A DNA stretch of 64,000 nucleotides from Syntrophorhabdaceae bacterium (GCA_963665295.1 OY762209.1:1728001-1792000); one strand, 5' to 3'; counted from the first letter of the stretch, positions 28,339 to 38,548 are shown. Notes: a model not told the origin generated them from the letters alone. Program-made: numbers and translations.

Positions 28339-30521
28339 AGACCTTTCCTGCAAATTTTACCGCAGAAAAGGACAGGAAGACAGGCGCGGCCCCCGTGTGG
28401 ATACTCAAGTGCCCTTTCACAACCGGCACCGTCTATCTGAGCGACATGGTCTTTTCCCTTTCGTCCTGGAATGGGGGTATCACCACGAAGTCGTGGGTAA
28501 AAGAGTGGGGCGTGATCGATGAGGACATCTCCGGAGACCTGAGCCTCACCAAGGTGTCCGATTTCTCACTGGAGGTGATTATAGACCCCCACGCCTCGCC
28601 TCACATCGAGACGATCCTCGACGACCCCGCGAACAGTATCGAAACCACGGACATTGAACTCTACCTGTGGTTTCGGGGCCTCGATCCTTCGACGGACCCG
28701 CCCCAATTGATGTGGGTCGGGAACATCACGGACTACACAAAGCTCAATGAACTGGTCTACCGGCTCGATCTCGTGGACCAGTCAATGAAGCTCAACAAAT
28801 ACGTGGGCACCCTTCTGAACCAGGACCTTTTTCCGAGGATGGACCCGGCCGACGTGGGGAAGACAGCCAACATCATGATGGGGGAGGTGAAAGGGGTCCC
28901 CTGCCACGCGATAATCGCCGGGGGTGTGAGCACTCTCACCCAGGATATGAGCGCAACCTTTACAGGTACGAGGACCGTTGCGGACGGTTCACGGTTTCCC
29001 GACACGGATACCTTCTGGGTGAAGATAGGAGACGAGATCATCCGATGCTCCGGAGCGAGCGCCACCTATATCTACGTGACTGCCAGGGGAGAATACAACA
29101 CGACCCCCGCGGCCCATGGGATGGATGAGACCGTGATCGAATACACCCCGTCCGGTTTCACGTACCTCGTGGCCGATCACCAGGTTATCGATATCGAAAA
29201 TATCTATGTGGACGGGGAACTGGTGACAGAGGGCGTGACAAAGTATCCGTCCGGCCACGGCGCATGGACCACGAAGGCACAGGTTCTCCTGGCCCATGGC
29301 CCCTATAACCCCAACCCGGAGTATCTGAGCCCTGCGAGTACGGAGAGCAACAACATGACTGCGGGAAACCCCTCATACGCGATCGACGGGGATGAACACA
29401 CCCGCGCCGCATTCCCTGTGGCAGGCTATACCGCTTGGCTCCAGATCAACTTTTCCGCATCCCCGAGGAAGGATACGGTGATAAAACAGGAAGTGGAAGT
29501 ACTTCTTGAAGTGCCCTCGGGGTTGACTATTACGGTTACAGGGTGGACGCCCTCAAGCGTGGCCAACACGTCGGGCGTGAAACGGATGACCTTCACAAAG
29601 ACGGGCGGGGCGAGGACCGACCCCATTAACTTCACCAAGGCCACAAGTGCTCAGCCTGCGGGATACATCTACGAGGTTAAGCCCAAAAAGGTCTACGCCT
29701 ACAAGATCAGCCCGGGGGCCGGGACGGCCGCGAAAGTCAGCGTGGGGAGCGTGGTCACGGCGGATGTCCTCGCGACGGCCACGAACCTCCATTATCCGGA
29801 CATGGTGATCAGGAATTTCTTGAGCACCTATGGGGGATGGCCGGCCGACAATTTCGTTACCGACGTAGCCGCCCTGTTTGTCGCAAAGGGGTACCGGCTT
29901 TCCGTGGTAATCAACGAGTACAGGACCCTCAAGCAGTGGCTTTCAAGGATGGCCTTTCAGTGCCGGTGCTACTTCCGTTTCGCCCACGGCAAGGCGTACC
30001 TCCTCTATCGTCCCGACGCGATCACGAGCGGCAAGACGATCACCGACGCCATGGTCCGCATGGAAGAGAATTACAAGACCACGGTAAGGCTCGAAAGGTC
30101 CCGCCTCGATGAGGTGATAAACAAGATCAACCTCAGATTCTGTCGGGACTGGGCAAAATCGGGCAATGCCGCCTACAGGTATCTCTGCCGGGGGGACTCG
30201 ACCCACACGGACGGCTACGATGCGGCGAGCGTGACCCGCTATGGAGAAAAGGAACGGGCTGATCTCTTCAACTTCGATTTCGTGACCGTCTCCGCCATGG
30301 CCCGGGACCTCCAGGCCTTTTATCTGGCCCGGTATAAGGACAGAAAGCGGATCGTGACCGTGGAGGTCTTTCTTGACAACGGGGAACTTGAATTCGGGGA
30401 CGGCGTCGCCTTCGCTTCCATGGGAGATATGGCCGGGGAAGTCCAAAAGGTAAACATCACACCCGGAAGCGGGAGGGACATGAGAAACGACAAAATACAG
30501 TTAGTGATAAAGGAGTATTGA
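28335..30521 (+). CDS. Tail tip / hub protein
   Basis: Follows the TMP; KIGDEII...RGEYNTTPAAHG tail motif; discoidin-like YAIDGD; C-terminal SVTRYGEKE segment. Confidence 0.65.
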   Translation: MKTFPANFTAEKDRKTGAAPVWILKCPFTTGTVYLSDMVFSLSSWNGGITTKSWVKEWGVIDEDISGDLSLTKVSDFSLEVIIDPHASPHIETILDDPANSIETTDIELYLWFRGLDPSTDPPQLMWVGNITDYTKLNELVYRLDLVDQSMKLNKYVGTLLNQDLFPRMDPADVGKTANIMMGEVKGVPCHAIIAGGVSTLTQDMSATFTGTRTVADGSRFPDTDTFWVKIGDEIIRCSGASATYIYVTARGEYNTTPAAHGMDETVIEYTPSGFTYLVADHQVIDIENIYVDGELVTEGVTKYPSGHGAWTTKAQVLLAHGPYNPNPEYLSPASTESNNMTAGNPSYAIDGDEHTRAAFPVAGYTAWLQINFSASPRKDTVIKQEVEVLLEVPSGLTITVTGWTPSSVANTSGVKRMTFTKTGGARTDPINFTKATSAQPAGYIYEVKPKKVYAYKISPGAGTAAKVSVGSVVTADVLATATNLHYPDMVIRNFLSTYGGWPADNFVTDVAALFVAKGYRLSVVINEYRTLKQWLSRMAFQCRCYFRFAHGKAYLLYRPDAITSGKTITDAMVRMEENYKTTVRLERSRLDEVINKINLRFCRDWAKSGNAAYRYLCRGDSTHTDGYDAASVTRYGEKERADLFNFDFVTVSAMARDLQAFYLARYKDRKRIVTVEVFLDNGELEFGDGVAFASMGDMAGEVQKVNITPGSGRDMRNDKIQLVIKEY

Positions 30522-30955
30522 TGGCATTACCGGCAGATTCGGACTGGGGTGAAAGCGCCTGGGGAGGCTTCCTGTACGGAGCGGGGGGCCGGGGGATATT
30601 CGGCCATCCTGCCGATGATCCCACGGTGACGGTCGCAGTGAGGGTGCTCAGGGCATATCGTGACCCCGTGAAGAAGAAACAGCCCGTGGACTATTCCAAC
30701 GGGAACGACCCCTACATCTACGACAAGGGACTTACGGAGTATTCTTTCGTCGCACCCCTCAAGCTTTCCAGGGCGGATAAGACTGCGCTCAAAGCGTTTT
30801 ACGATACCTCGGCAAACGGCAAGGCCAACCAGGTCTATTACGCCGATCCGGAGGGAAATGAGCACGTGGTGCGCATCATGAACGATGAATTCGACTTCCC
30901 CGAAGAGGCATATGACAAATTCACGGGAACTCTCAACTTACGCAAGGAGGGATAA
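30521..30955 (+). CDS. Distal-tail-like protein
   Basis: ALKAFYD...GKAN...Y.DP.G...VR pattern typical of Dit/gpM-like proteins. Confidence 0.5.
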   Translation: MALPADSDWGESAWGGFLYGAGGRGIFGHPADDPTVTVAVRVLRAYRDPVKKKQPVDYSNGNDPYIYDKGLTEYSFVAPLKLSRADKTALKAFYDTSANGKANQVYYADPEGNEHVVRIMNDEFDFPEEAYDKFTGTLNLRKEG

Positions 30956-32749
30956 ATGGGATACGACGAAACAACAAATTTGAAGCTCAAGAAACCCACG
31001 GTGGGCACGGTGAAAACCGAGTGGCCCGGCTATATTAACGGCAATTTCGACACCTTGGACGCAGAGGTAGCCTCCCGGCACAAATCGGGAGACACATTCC
31101 CGGAGAATATAGTTCCCGACGCCGACAATACCCGCTCCGTAGGCTCGGCGATCAGGCGGTTTCTCGGCGGCTTCTTCAACGAGATTACCCTGGGCGGCGT
31201 GACGCGTTCGACTTGGCCATCTCCCGGATCAGGATCACAGAGCATGGACGATACGTATAACAACGGGAGTCAGGTGGATGTGGACAACACGGACGAAGTG
31301 CGCCGCCTGGGAGCGGGCAAAAAGTGGAAACTGGTGAACGCTGACGGGTCAATCACCTACATGGAAGCGGAGGGAGGGGCCGGGATTACCCTCACCCCTC
31401 ACAATGACGTAACCCATGCCAATGAGATCGCCGGTGCGCGATTCGGGGAGTGGAGCCAGGGAACCCTCGAAAACGTGGGGGCTGATCTCGCCTCGAACGG
31501 GGGATTCACGGCCGATACAACGGGCTGGACCCCTGACCTTGCCGCCCTTGCGAGCATAGCCGGGGGGCAAAGCGGAAACTGCCTCGAATTGACCCGGTCG
31601 AGTTGGAGCATTCAGACGGCAAGGACAGCGCTGACAGGGCTCACCATAGGGAAGCTGTACCGGATGACCGTGTATGTCAAGAGCGGTACTTCCGGCAATG
31701 AACCGTTCAATATATCCGTCCTCGATGCTTCGGGCGCTACGCGTTATGGTCTCACATCCGGAGTATCATCCGGTTCCTGGGTGTCATATTCAGTGACAAT
31801 CACCGCCCCCGCGACAACCGCCATGCTCTCCCTGGAGAAGAACACCGCCACTGCCGGGACCATGCTGTTCGATTCGGTATCCTTCTACGAAGTGACGCCC
31901 GGCTGCGTGGGAGCCGACACTAAAGGGCCTGATGGCTGGCTCAAAAGCGTGGGACTGACAATCTACAGGGAGCATCCGGGGACAAACACGCAAAGCGGGT
32001 CATTCTATTCCCTGAAAGGGGTGAGCCCCGATGCTTCCGGATACGCCACATACTGCAATCCGGGGGCCAATCCCTCGGTTCTTGCAAAGCTACGGGGACG
32101 GACTATCGCCCTGGGCGCGTGGGTAAAATCGTCGGTAGCCGCCTCGGAGAGATTATCATTTTATGACGACGTCTCCGGGGAAACTGCGTCCCCGTACCAT
32201 TCCGGAGGAGGGGGATGGGAATGGCTGGAGGTTACAAAGACCGTGTCTGTCGCTGCAACGCTTATCTATGGTCGGCTTAACCAGATGAAGGCAGGCACGG
32301 CCCATTTTTCCCAGCCCATGCTCATCGTCGGCAAGGTGATCGGGGCAGGCAACTATGGCCCCCGTCCGGGAGAAATCATATGGCTCGATGCGCCGGTGGC
32401 GCTTTCGACCCTCCATGACAAGGCGGGGTTAAGCACCGCAGCCGCCGCAGCCCTCAGTCTGGAACCGGATTCAGAAGGGTTGATCGGGAAGGGCGTGAAG
32501 GCGGTCTACTTGAGCATGGAGGCAAATGACAGCGCGAGCGCGGGCGGCGATTGCAATGTGAGCCTCGGCCCGGTGAGCGGCAATCAACCCTTTTGTTGTT
32601 CACCCGCAGGCCTCGCCAACAGCAGGGCTGCGCGGGCTCAAGGATGGGTGCCGCCGGCAGCAGACGGCACGTTGAGCTATGCCCTCACCGCCACGGGAAG
32701 CGCCACCATGGCTATCACGAAGGCAAAGGTAATAGCGGTACAGTACTAA
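30956..32749 (+). CDS. Tail fibre / receptor-binding protein with carbohydrate-binding-module-like domains
   Basis: TTNLKLKKP...INGNFDTLD anchor; LASNGGF..DTTGW...FDSVS CBM4/9-like domain; HSGGGGWEWL. Confidence 0.7.
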   Translation: MGYDETTNLKLKKPTVGTVKTEWPGYINGNFDTLDAEVASRHKSGDTFPENIVPDADNTRSVGSAIRRFLGGFFNEITLGGVTRSTWPSPGSGSQSMDDTYNNGSQVDVDNTDEVRRLGAGKKWKLVNADGSITYMEAEGGAGITLTPHNDVTHANEIAGARFGEWSQGTLENVGADLASNGGFTADTTGWTPDLAALASIAGGQSGNCLELTRSSWSIQTARTALTGLTIGKLYRMTVYVKSGTSGNEPFNISVLDASGATRYGLTSGVSSGSWVSYSVTITAPATTAMLSLEKNTATAGTMLFDSVSFYEVTPGCVGADTKGPDGWLKSVGLTIYREHPGTNTQSGSFYSLKGVSPDASGYATYCNPGANPSVLAKLRGRTIALGAWVKSSVAASERLSFYDDVSGETASPYHSGGGGWEWLEVTKTVSVAATLIYGRLNQMKAGTAHFSQPMLIVGKVIGAGNYGPRPGEIIWLDAPVALSTLHDKAGLSTAAAAALSLEPDSEGLIGKGVKAVYLSMEANDSASAGGDCNVSLGPVSGNQPFCCSPAGLANSRAARAQGWVPPAADGTLSYALTATGSATMAITKAKVIAVQY

Positions 32750-32760
32750 GAGGAGGATAC

Positions 32761-33159
32761 ATGGATATCACGATCAGCCCGAACGGCTATAGACCCATAG
32801 ACGATGCAAATCAGGTCACCTATTTTACGCTTACGGCGGCCGGCACAGCCTATAAATGGCACGGGAATACACCCGTTCTCACCGGTCAGGACCTTTCGGA
32901 TTATCTTGCTGCCCATGCGGGGCAGTACCTGTGCGGCATCTATCGGAAGATGTACGTGGAGGCCATAGTCGTGCCACAGCCCGGCGAGACCGAATTAACC
33001 GCGTGGACCCGATGGGTTTCGGAAGGATGCAAGAATACCCGGGAGATCGAGGCTATGGTGGATGGCGAGGTGACGAGCCGGGTCGTTGAAGAGCCGGTCC
33101 CATTGAAACCCTGGAAGGACACCCACCCGATGAGTGAAAACCCGATTATATGGGAGTGA
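32761..33159 (+). CDS. Hypothetical protein (fibre-associated)
   Basis: GAGGAGG RBS; follows the fibre gene. Confidence 0.55.
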   Translation: MDITISPNGYRPIDDANQVTYFTLTAAGTAYKWHGNTPVLTGQDLSDYLAAHAGQYLCGIYRKMYVEAIVVPQPGETELTAWTRWVSEGCKNTREIEAMVDGEVTSRVVEEPVPLKPWKDTHPMSENPIIWE

Positions 33160-33339
33160 AAAGCTCGGGAGGACCGCACTTCCGGTCCGCGCCCACTCAA
33201 ACCATGGGTGACCGTCGAGACCGGGCCTTGCCGCGGGCCGTGAATCCGTGCTAAAAGAGATCAAGGCAACGGAAAACGGCGTCACGATTCGGCCCCGGGA
33301 CGGGGGCGACTCACAGCCGGGAGCCACATAACAGGGAGG

Positions 33340-35187
33340 ATGGACATGAAATCATGGGAAAACGGCATAATGGGGCGTTGCGCGGTGGGCTTGGTCGTCA
33401 TAGCAGCGATGCTGTGCATGGGTGCAGCACTTCAAGCCGCTTATGGCGCCCCGGTCGTCACGGCAGACTTAGTCACAACCGGCCCCTGGGTCGATTCGAG
33501 GGCCTATGCCACGATCAACGCCGCCGAAGCAGCGGCATACGCGGCGGGAAAGACCTTGAAAGTGTTCGTGCCCCAAGTGCTTGCGGCGAGCCTCACGGTG
33601 AGGTGCGCCCTCGACATCGAGCCCGGGGGGAAGATCATCAAGGCGTCGGGCCACACCCTTACCGTCAACGGCCCCTTCAGGGCCCCGGATCAACAGGTCT
33701 TCCAGGGTTTCGGCACTAGGGACATCAAATTCGGGAGTGCGGCAATCAGCGAAGCCGTGCGGGTCAACTGGTTTGCCGCCAACACGACGCCGGGCACGAC
33801 GGACATGGCGGACGCCGCCCACACGGCGATCAATGCCGCGGCGGGGCGTCTGGTCCTCTTCGGGATAGGCGAATACCGTATGACCTCTTCCCTCGATCAC
33901 AACGTGACGGCCACGGAGATCAGAGTCAGGGGCGCGGTGCCCGCCTATATCACCCATGGCGTGCTGAAACCTGCCTATACTTATTCAGCGGACTACACCC
34001 CTCAGAGCATCGATATCCCGTCAGACCGGTTCACCGTCATTCAGATGGACGGCGCGAACCTCATAGGGGCGGACGACGCCGCGTCCGTCGGGTCATCGGG
34101 TAAACTCAGATATTTGGCGAATATCCTCGCTTACGGGAAGAACAACGCGAAGATAGGCATTTATGCACAAACCTATGACACGGTGATCGAGGACTCCCAC
34201 TTTGCGTTGTTCAGGAATTTCGGCATACTGTTTCGAGGTGGAATGACGGGAACGGTCCGGAGGGTCGCTTATACGGATAACGGTTGGGGACTGACAGAGT
34301 CGGGGACTACGGCATACCCGTATACCTATTACTCGGGATGCCAGTACAAGGTAGTGTCGAACTATGTCCCGGGGGATTACGCGTCCATAGACCCCGCCAA
34401 GAGGGCTACTACCATAAATACGGATACCACGTTCTTCACCGTGCGGGGCCATATGGTCCGGAATATGAGCGGCTACCGGGGAGCCCAGGTATCAGGACTG
34501 TACAACAGCTCGATGAGGGCTATGCAGGGTTATATAGGGTCTCTCTTTGTTGTTTCAACGGTTAGCCTTGACGGACTCTATGTCGAGAACTACGCCATGC
34601 ATGGCCTGAGCCGGTCGGACTCTCTGCCACACTGCATTTACAGCGTGTTTTCCAATCTTGCCATAACCACGCCGTTTATGGCCAACAATGGGGTTCCGTC
34701 TATGCCCGTGGTTTTTCAGAACTCGAATGGCACGGGAGGGGGCGTGAGCAACGCGATTACGCAGATGGACGCTCTCGGGCTGAAAGGAGCCATCATACGC
34801 TCCGAAAAACAGGCGGTAATCACGGTAGGGACTCCCGGGGGCGCACCCGCATACAGGCTGTTCAGCGAACTGTTCAGCGACTTGGAGGGGTTCACAGGCC
34901 TCATATTCGTGACCATCGTGCAGAGGAACAATAGCGCAAATTACGCCACCGCAATCTACGCGGCCCATCGGCATACCGTTGCGGGAGTGCTGAAGGCGCC
35001 CGCGTCCCTTCGACTACAGGAATATCACAGCAGCGCCGCGGGCTACCTCGCCCGGATTGCCGGTGTAGCCCCGAACGCGACCCGGGGTCTCGACATTACG
35101 ATCGACTGGGGCGCTTCATGGGACGCAAAGACGGAATTTCACGTAACGGCAGGCGTAATCGGAAGCACCTCGTTGAGCAGCCCATGA
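33340..35187 (+). CDS. Pectate-lyase-3 / tailspike-like beta-helix protein with N-terminal signal-like segment
   Basis: VRVNWFAANTTPGTTDMADAAHTAINAA...GEYRMTSSL entry motif; hydrophobic N-terminus ending AAYGA. Confidence 0.65.
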   Translation: MDMKSWENGIMGRCAVGLVVIAAMLCMGAALQAAYGAPVVTADLVTTGPWVDSRAYATINAAEAAAYAAGKTLKVFVPQVLAASLTVRCALDIEPGGKIIKASGHTLTVNGPFRAPDQQVFQGFGTRDIKFGSAAISEAVRVNWFAANTTPGTTDMADAAHTAINAAAGRLVLFGIGEYRMTSSLDHNVTATEIRVRGAVPAYITHGVLKPAYTYSADYTPQSIDIPSDRFTVIQMDGANLIGADDAASVGSSGKLRYLANILAYGKNNAKIGIYAQTYDTVIEDSHFALFRNFGILFRGGMTGTVRRVAYTDNGWGLTESGTTAYPYTYYSGCQYKVVSNYVPGDYASIDPAKRATTINTDTTFFTVRGHMVRNMSGYRGAQVSGLYNSSMRAMQGYIGSLFVVSTVSLDGLYVENYAMHGLSRSDSLPHCIYSVFSNLAITTPFMANNGVPSMPVVFQNSNGTGGGVSNAITQMDALGLKGAIIRSEKQAVITVGTPGGAPAYRLFSELFSDLEGFTGLIFVTIVQRNNSANYATAIYAAHRHTVAGVLKAPASLRLQEYHSSAAGYLARIAGVAPNATRGLDITIDWGASWDAKTEFHVTAGVIGSTSLSSP

Positions 35188-35221
35188 AACGGGCAAAGGG
35201 GGGAAGGGCTGTCGCTTCCAA

Positions 35222-36181
35222 TCAGCAGGCGCCCACGATTTCCGTGCCTGCCTTTCCTGCCAGGGCGTCGGCGATGTGCTCTATGGAGGTGATGATTGCC
35301 CTCTTGCCGCCGCTTTGGATGAATTCTATGGCCGCCTCGACCTTGGGACCCATGGTGCCGGGTGGAAATTGACCTTCCATGAGGTATCGGGCTGCGTCCC
35401 CGGTGGTGAGGCGGCGAAGGAAATTTTCGCCGGGTTTACCGTACTCCACGGCAACCCCCGGGACGTCGGTGGCAATCATGAATATATCCACCCCTGTCTC
35501 CTTTGCGAGAACGGCGCTTGCGAGGTCTTTGTCGATAACTGCATCTACGCCGCAAAAGGTCCTTCCCTCCCGGATCACGGGAATGCCCCCTCCTCCGCAG
35601 CATATGACGATGAAATCCATCCCGATGAGGGTCCTGATTTCCTTCTTTTCCACGATGGTAACCGGCCTCGGGGACGCGACTACCCGGCGATAGCCCTTGG
35701 GGGTGCTCCGGACGGGAAAAGGGAGAGACGCGACCTTTTCCTCGGTGTAAACCGGACCTATCGGTTTAGAAGGGTCGCGAAAAGACGGGTCCTTTTCGTC
35801 AACCACCACGTAACTTATGAGGCTCACGATACACTTCTTGTTATCCATTCCGTCGGTCATCAACTCGCTGTCAAGGGTTGATTCGATCATGTAACCGATC
35901 TCTCCCTGGGTTTGGGCCACGAGGATTTCGAGGGGCATGGGAGGGACTGCATGGCAGCACTCCTGTTGGAGGAGCAGGTTGCCCACCTGAGGGCCGTTTC
36001 CGTGGGTAATGATCACCCTATAGTCCCGGGAAAGGCGCGCAATCTGACGGATCGGTGTTCTGAGGTTTTGGAGTTGTTCTTCCATGGTCCCCCTCTCACC
36101 CTCGCGGATGAGGGCATTACCGCCCAGGGCCACAAGGAGAACCTCCTTCTTCTTATTCCCGCCCGTCTTCATCGTGACCAT
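35222..36181 (-). CDS. arcC: Carbamate kinase
   Basis: VALGGNAL, THGNGPQVG, PSKPIGP, RRVVASP, GGGGIPV, AVIDKD, GTMGPKV. Confidence 0.95.
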   Translation of the reverse strand: MVTMKTGGNKKKEVLLVALGGNALIREGERGTMEEQLQNLRTPIRQIARLSRDYRVIITHGNGPQVGNLLLQQECCHAVPPMPLEILVAQTQGEIGYMIESTLDSELMTDGMDNKKCIVSLISYVVVDEKDPSFRDPSKPIGPVYTEEKVASLPFPVRSTPKGYRRVVASPRPVTIVEKKEIRTLIGMDFIVICCGGGGIPVIREGRTFCGVDAVIDKDLASAVLAKETGVDIFMIATDVPGVAVEYGKPGENFLRRLTTGDAARYLMEGQFPPGTMGPKVEAAIEFIQSGGKRAIITSIEHIADALAGKAGTEIVGAC

Positions 36182-36350
36182 ATACTACCATGCATCGCGC
36201 CGGTGTCAAAGGTCGATTCGCGAATAGATGCAGCACCCCGCTACGGGGAAAGAAGGCTTCCCGCCTTCACGGCGCGCCGTCCGGACGGGTCCGGTCGATG
36301 ATGCTGGAAAACCGGCGGCGCGGCGTGTATAATTACCTTGAGGAAAGAGA

Positions 36351-36881
36351 ATGAAAACGGTTGAAGGGACACTGAAGGAAATCTACAAGCACTCCCTGGA
36401 AATGCTGAAGCATGCGGAAACGAAGAACGCCGCCCTCATTTCCTTTAACGGGGTGATAATCATCGTCCTCATCAAGATGGCCGTGGATTTCAAGGATTAC
36501 ACCTTCTTTTTCTACTATTTCTGCTTTACCATCGCCGTCTGTTGCGTGTCCACATTCCTCAGCCTCACTTCCCTTGTGGCCCAGCTTAAGGACAAGGAGA
36601 ATGAACTGGAACTGCCTGAAGACGCGAACCTTATGTTTTTCGGCAATATCGCCCATTTTTCCCCGGAAGAACTCCTCAAGACCCTCAAGTCCAGATATAA
36701 CCTCCGGAGTAAAGACGACAACTACGAGAGAGACCTCGCCCGGGCGGTCATTGTTACTGCCCAGATCGCCAAAAGGAAACACAAGACCTTCAATACGGCC
36801 ATGGCCTGGACCTTCTCGGGGGTAGCCACCCCGCTGAGTGTTTTGATCTATAAGCTATTCTTCGATCCGAACCGGAAATAA
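36351..36881 (+). CDS. Pycsar effector (PycTM/DUF5706-like) membrane protein
   Basis: HAETKNAALISFNG, NLMFFGNIA, IAKRKHKTFN; three TM segments; upstream TGTATAAT. Confidence 0.75.
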   Translation: MKTVEGTLKEIYKHSLEMLKHAETKNAALISFNGVIIIVLIKMAVDFKDYTFFFYYFCFTIAVCCVSTFLSLTSLVAQLKDKENELELPEDANLMFFGNIAHFSPEELLKTLKSRYNLRSKDDNYERDLARAVIVTAQIAKRKHKTFNTAMAWTFSGVATPLSVLIYKLFFDPNRK

Positions 36882-37215
36882 AGAAGACCTGTCACGCAGG
36901 GAGGAAGATACCCAGCCTGTCCCGGAGGGTGAAAAAGTGCCCCGGCCCAGGCGTGAAGCCTTCTTGCTTTTTGGGGGGACAAGATTTGCCGGGGCAGCAC
37001 CATATTCACGTTGTTGTCTTCGCAAGGCCGACAATCGACCGGTATATACATAATTAGTCGGAAGAACTCGCCCATAGGTTACAGCCCCGAAAAAGTGTTT
37101 TCCCACGGGGCCGCCCTGCGCCGGTGGTTGCCGTTCTCACCCCATGAAGAGGGCCCGCCACACACGGCCCCCCATGTTTCCCATATAACCTGAAGAGGTC
37201 CCCTTACCCGTCCTG

Positions 37216-38406
37216 TTACGATGCGTAGACATGCTCCCTGGTGAGGGGGAATCCGTTATTGAGCCCCTTGGTGAAAAGTATCTGATATACACGTATATCT
37301 CCACTCCGGAAAGCCGCGGCGCTGCCGTTCAGGTACATGCGCCACATGCGGACAAATTTGTCTCCGAATTTCCCCTTGATCTCTTCCACATGGGCCTCGA
37401 ACCGTCTTGCCCATTCGTCGAGGGTAAGGGCATAGTGGACCCGCAGGTTTTCCACGTCCTGGGGGACAAGCCCGATCTCCCCCATGGCGTTAAGCATATT
37501 GCCAAGGACGGGGAGGTAGGTGCCGGGGAAGATATATTTCAGAGTCCACGGGTCGCCCTGGGTCTCCCGTTCCTTGCCTATGGTGTGAAGGAGTCCCGCG
37601 CCTCCCGGCTTCAGCATGGTACGCATCCTGTCCATGAATACGGGGATAAAGCCCTTACCCACGTGCTCGAACATGCCTATGGAGACGAGCTTGTCAAAGG
37701 GGGTATTTATGTCGCGGTAGTCTTTGAGAAGTATCTCCACTTTGTTTTCCAGCCCCGCGTCCTTCACCCTCTGCTTCGCGAGATTGACCTGTTCCACGGA
37801 AAGGCTGCATCCCACCCCTTTCACCCCATAATGACTTGCTGCATAAATGAGCATCCCACCCCAGCCGCAGCCGATATCGATGAGAGTTTCCCCTTCCGCA
37901 AGTTGGAGCTTCCTGCAGATATGCTCGTATTTATTAGCCTGGGCCTCTTCTAGGGAATCGTCGGGATTGCGGAAATAGGCACACGAGTATGTCATGCTTC
38001 TGTCCAGAAAGAGACGGTAGAGATCGTTGCCCCTGTCGTAATGGTGCTCTATGTTCCTTGCCGAACCCCTGGTTGTGTTCAATGACTTCAGGTGTTGGGC
38101 CAGAACAGCGGCCCGCGTCAAGGGGGATAGTTTCATGTTCTGGAAATGGGGGTCCATTCCCAAACGCATCAGTTCCCGGAAATCTCCTTCCACGGCGATG
38201 TTCCCGTCCACGTACTCCTCGCCGAACCCGAGGGTGCCCTTTTTAAAGACACGGCGTGCCGTCTCCTCGTTCTTGAGCTTGAGAGTGAAGGCAGGTTCAC
38301 CGTCTCCTGCGTAAAACAGGTCTCCATCCCAAAACTGGACTGCGAAGGGGATATCCGGAACATTGTTGCTGAGTGTATCGAGCAGACGCTGAAGTGTTTT
38401 TTTCAC
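37216..38406 (-). CDS. cfa: Cyclopropane-fatty-acyl-phospholipid synthase
   Basis: HHYDRGND, MTYSCAYF, DIGCGWG, SIGMFEHVG, KYIFPG. Confidence 0.93.
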   Translation of the reverse strand: MKKTLQRLLDTLSNNVPDIPFAVQFWDGDLFYAGDGEPAFTLKLKNEETARRVFKKGTLGFGEEYVDGNIAVEGDFRELMRLGMDPHFQNMKLSPLTRAAVLAQHLKSLNTTRGSARNIEHHYDRGNDLYRLFLDRSMTYSCAYFRNPDDSLEEAQANKYEHICRKLQLAEGETLIDIGCGWGGMLIYAASHYGVKGVGCSLSVEQVNLAKQRVKDAGLENKVEILLKDYRDINTPFDKLVSIGMFEHVGKGFIPVFMDRMRTMLKPGGAGLLHTIGKERETQGDPWTLKYIFPGTYLPVLGNMLNAMGEIGLVPQDVENLRVHYALTLDEWARRFEAHVEEIKGKFGDKFVRMWRMYLNGSAAAFRSGDIRVYQILFTKGLNNGFPLTREHVYAS

Positions 38407-38548
38407 GACCTCACCTCCGGCGTGTACATAAAATGATGCGGCCTCACTACAAGCTACACAACGGGGAATGGTTTGTCAACCGTGAGGGAGGATAATTTTT
38501 ACCCTTCCCCGCATTGACCGGAGGACGGGTAATGCCCATATTGCAAAT

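Larger units (their letters stand above)
15289..35187 (+). mobile_element. Defective or domesticated Mu-like (transposable siphophage-type) late-gene cluster: lysis, head, neck and non-contractile tail
   Basis: About 24 co-oriented, mostly abutting genes in Mu late-gene order, bounded by host genes; no transposase, integrase, repressor, Mor/C activator or replication gene seen in the window. Confidence 0.85.

Noticed and set aside
24764..32749. Contractile tailocin or eCIS interpretation
   Set aside because: No sheath or baseplate wedge genes recognised, and a full head and packaging module is present
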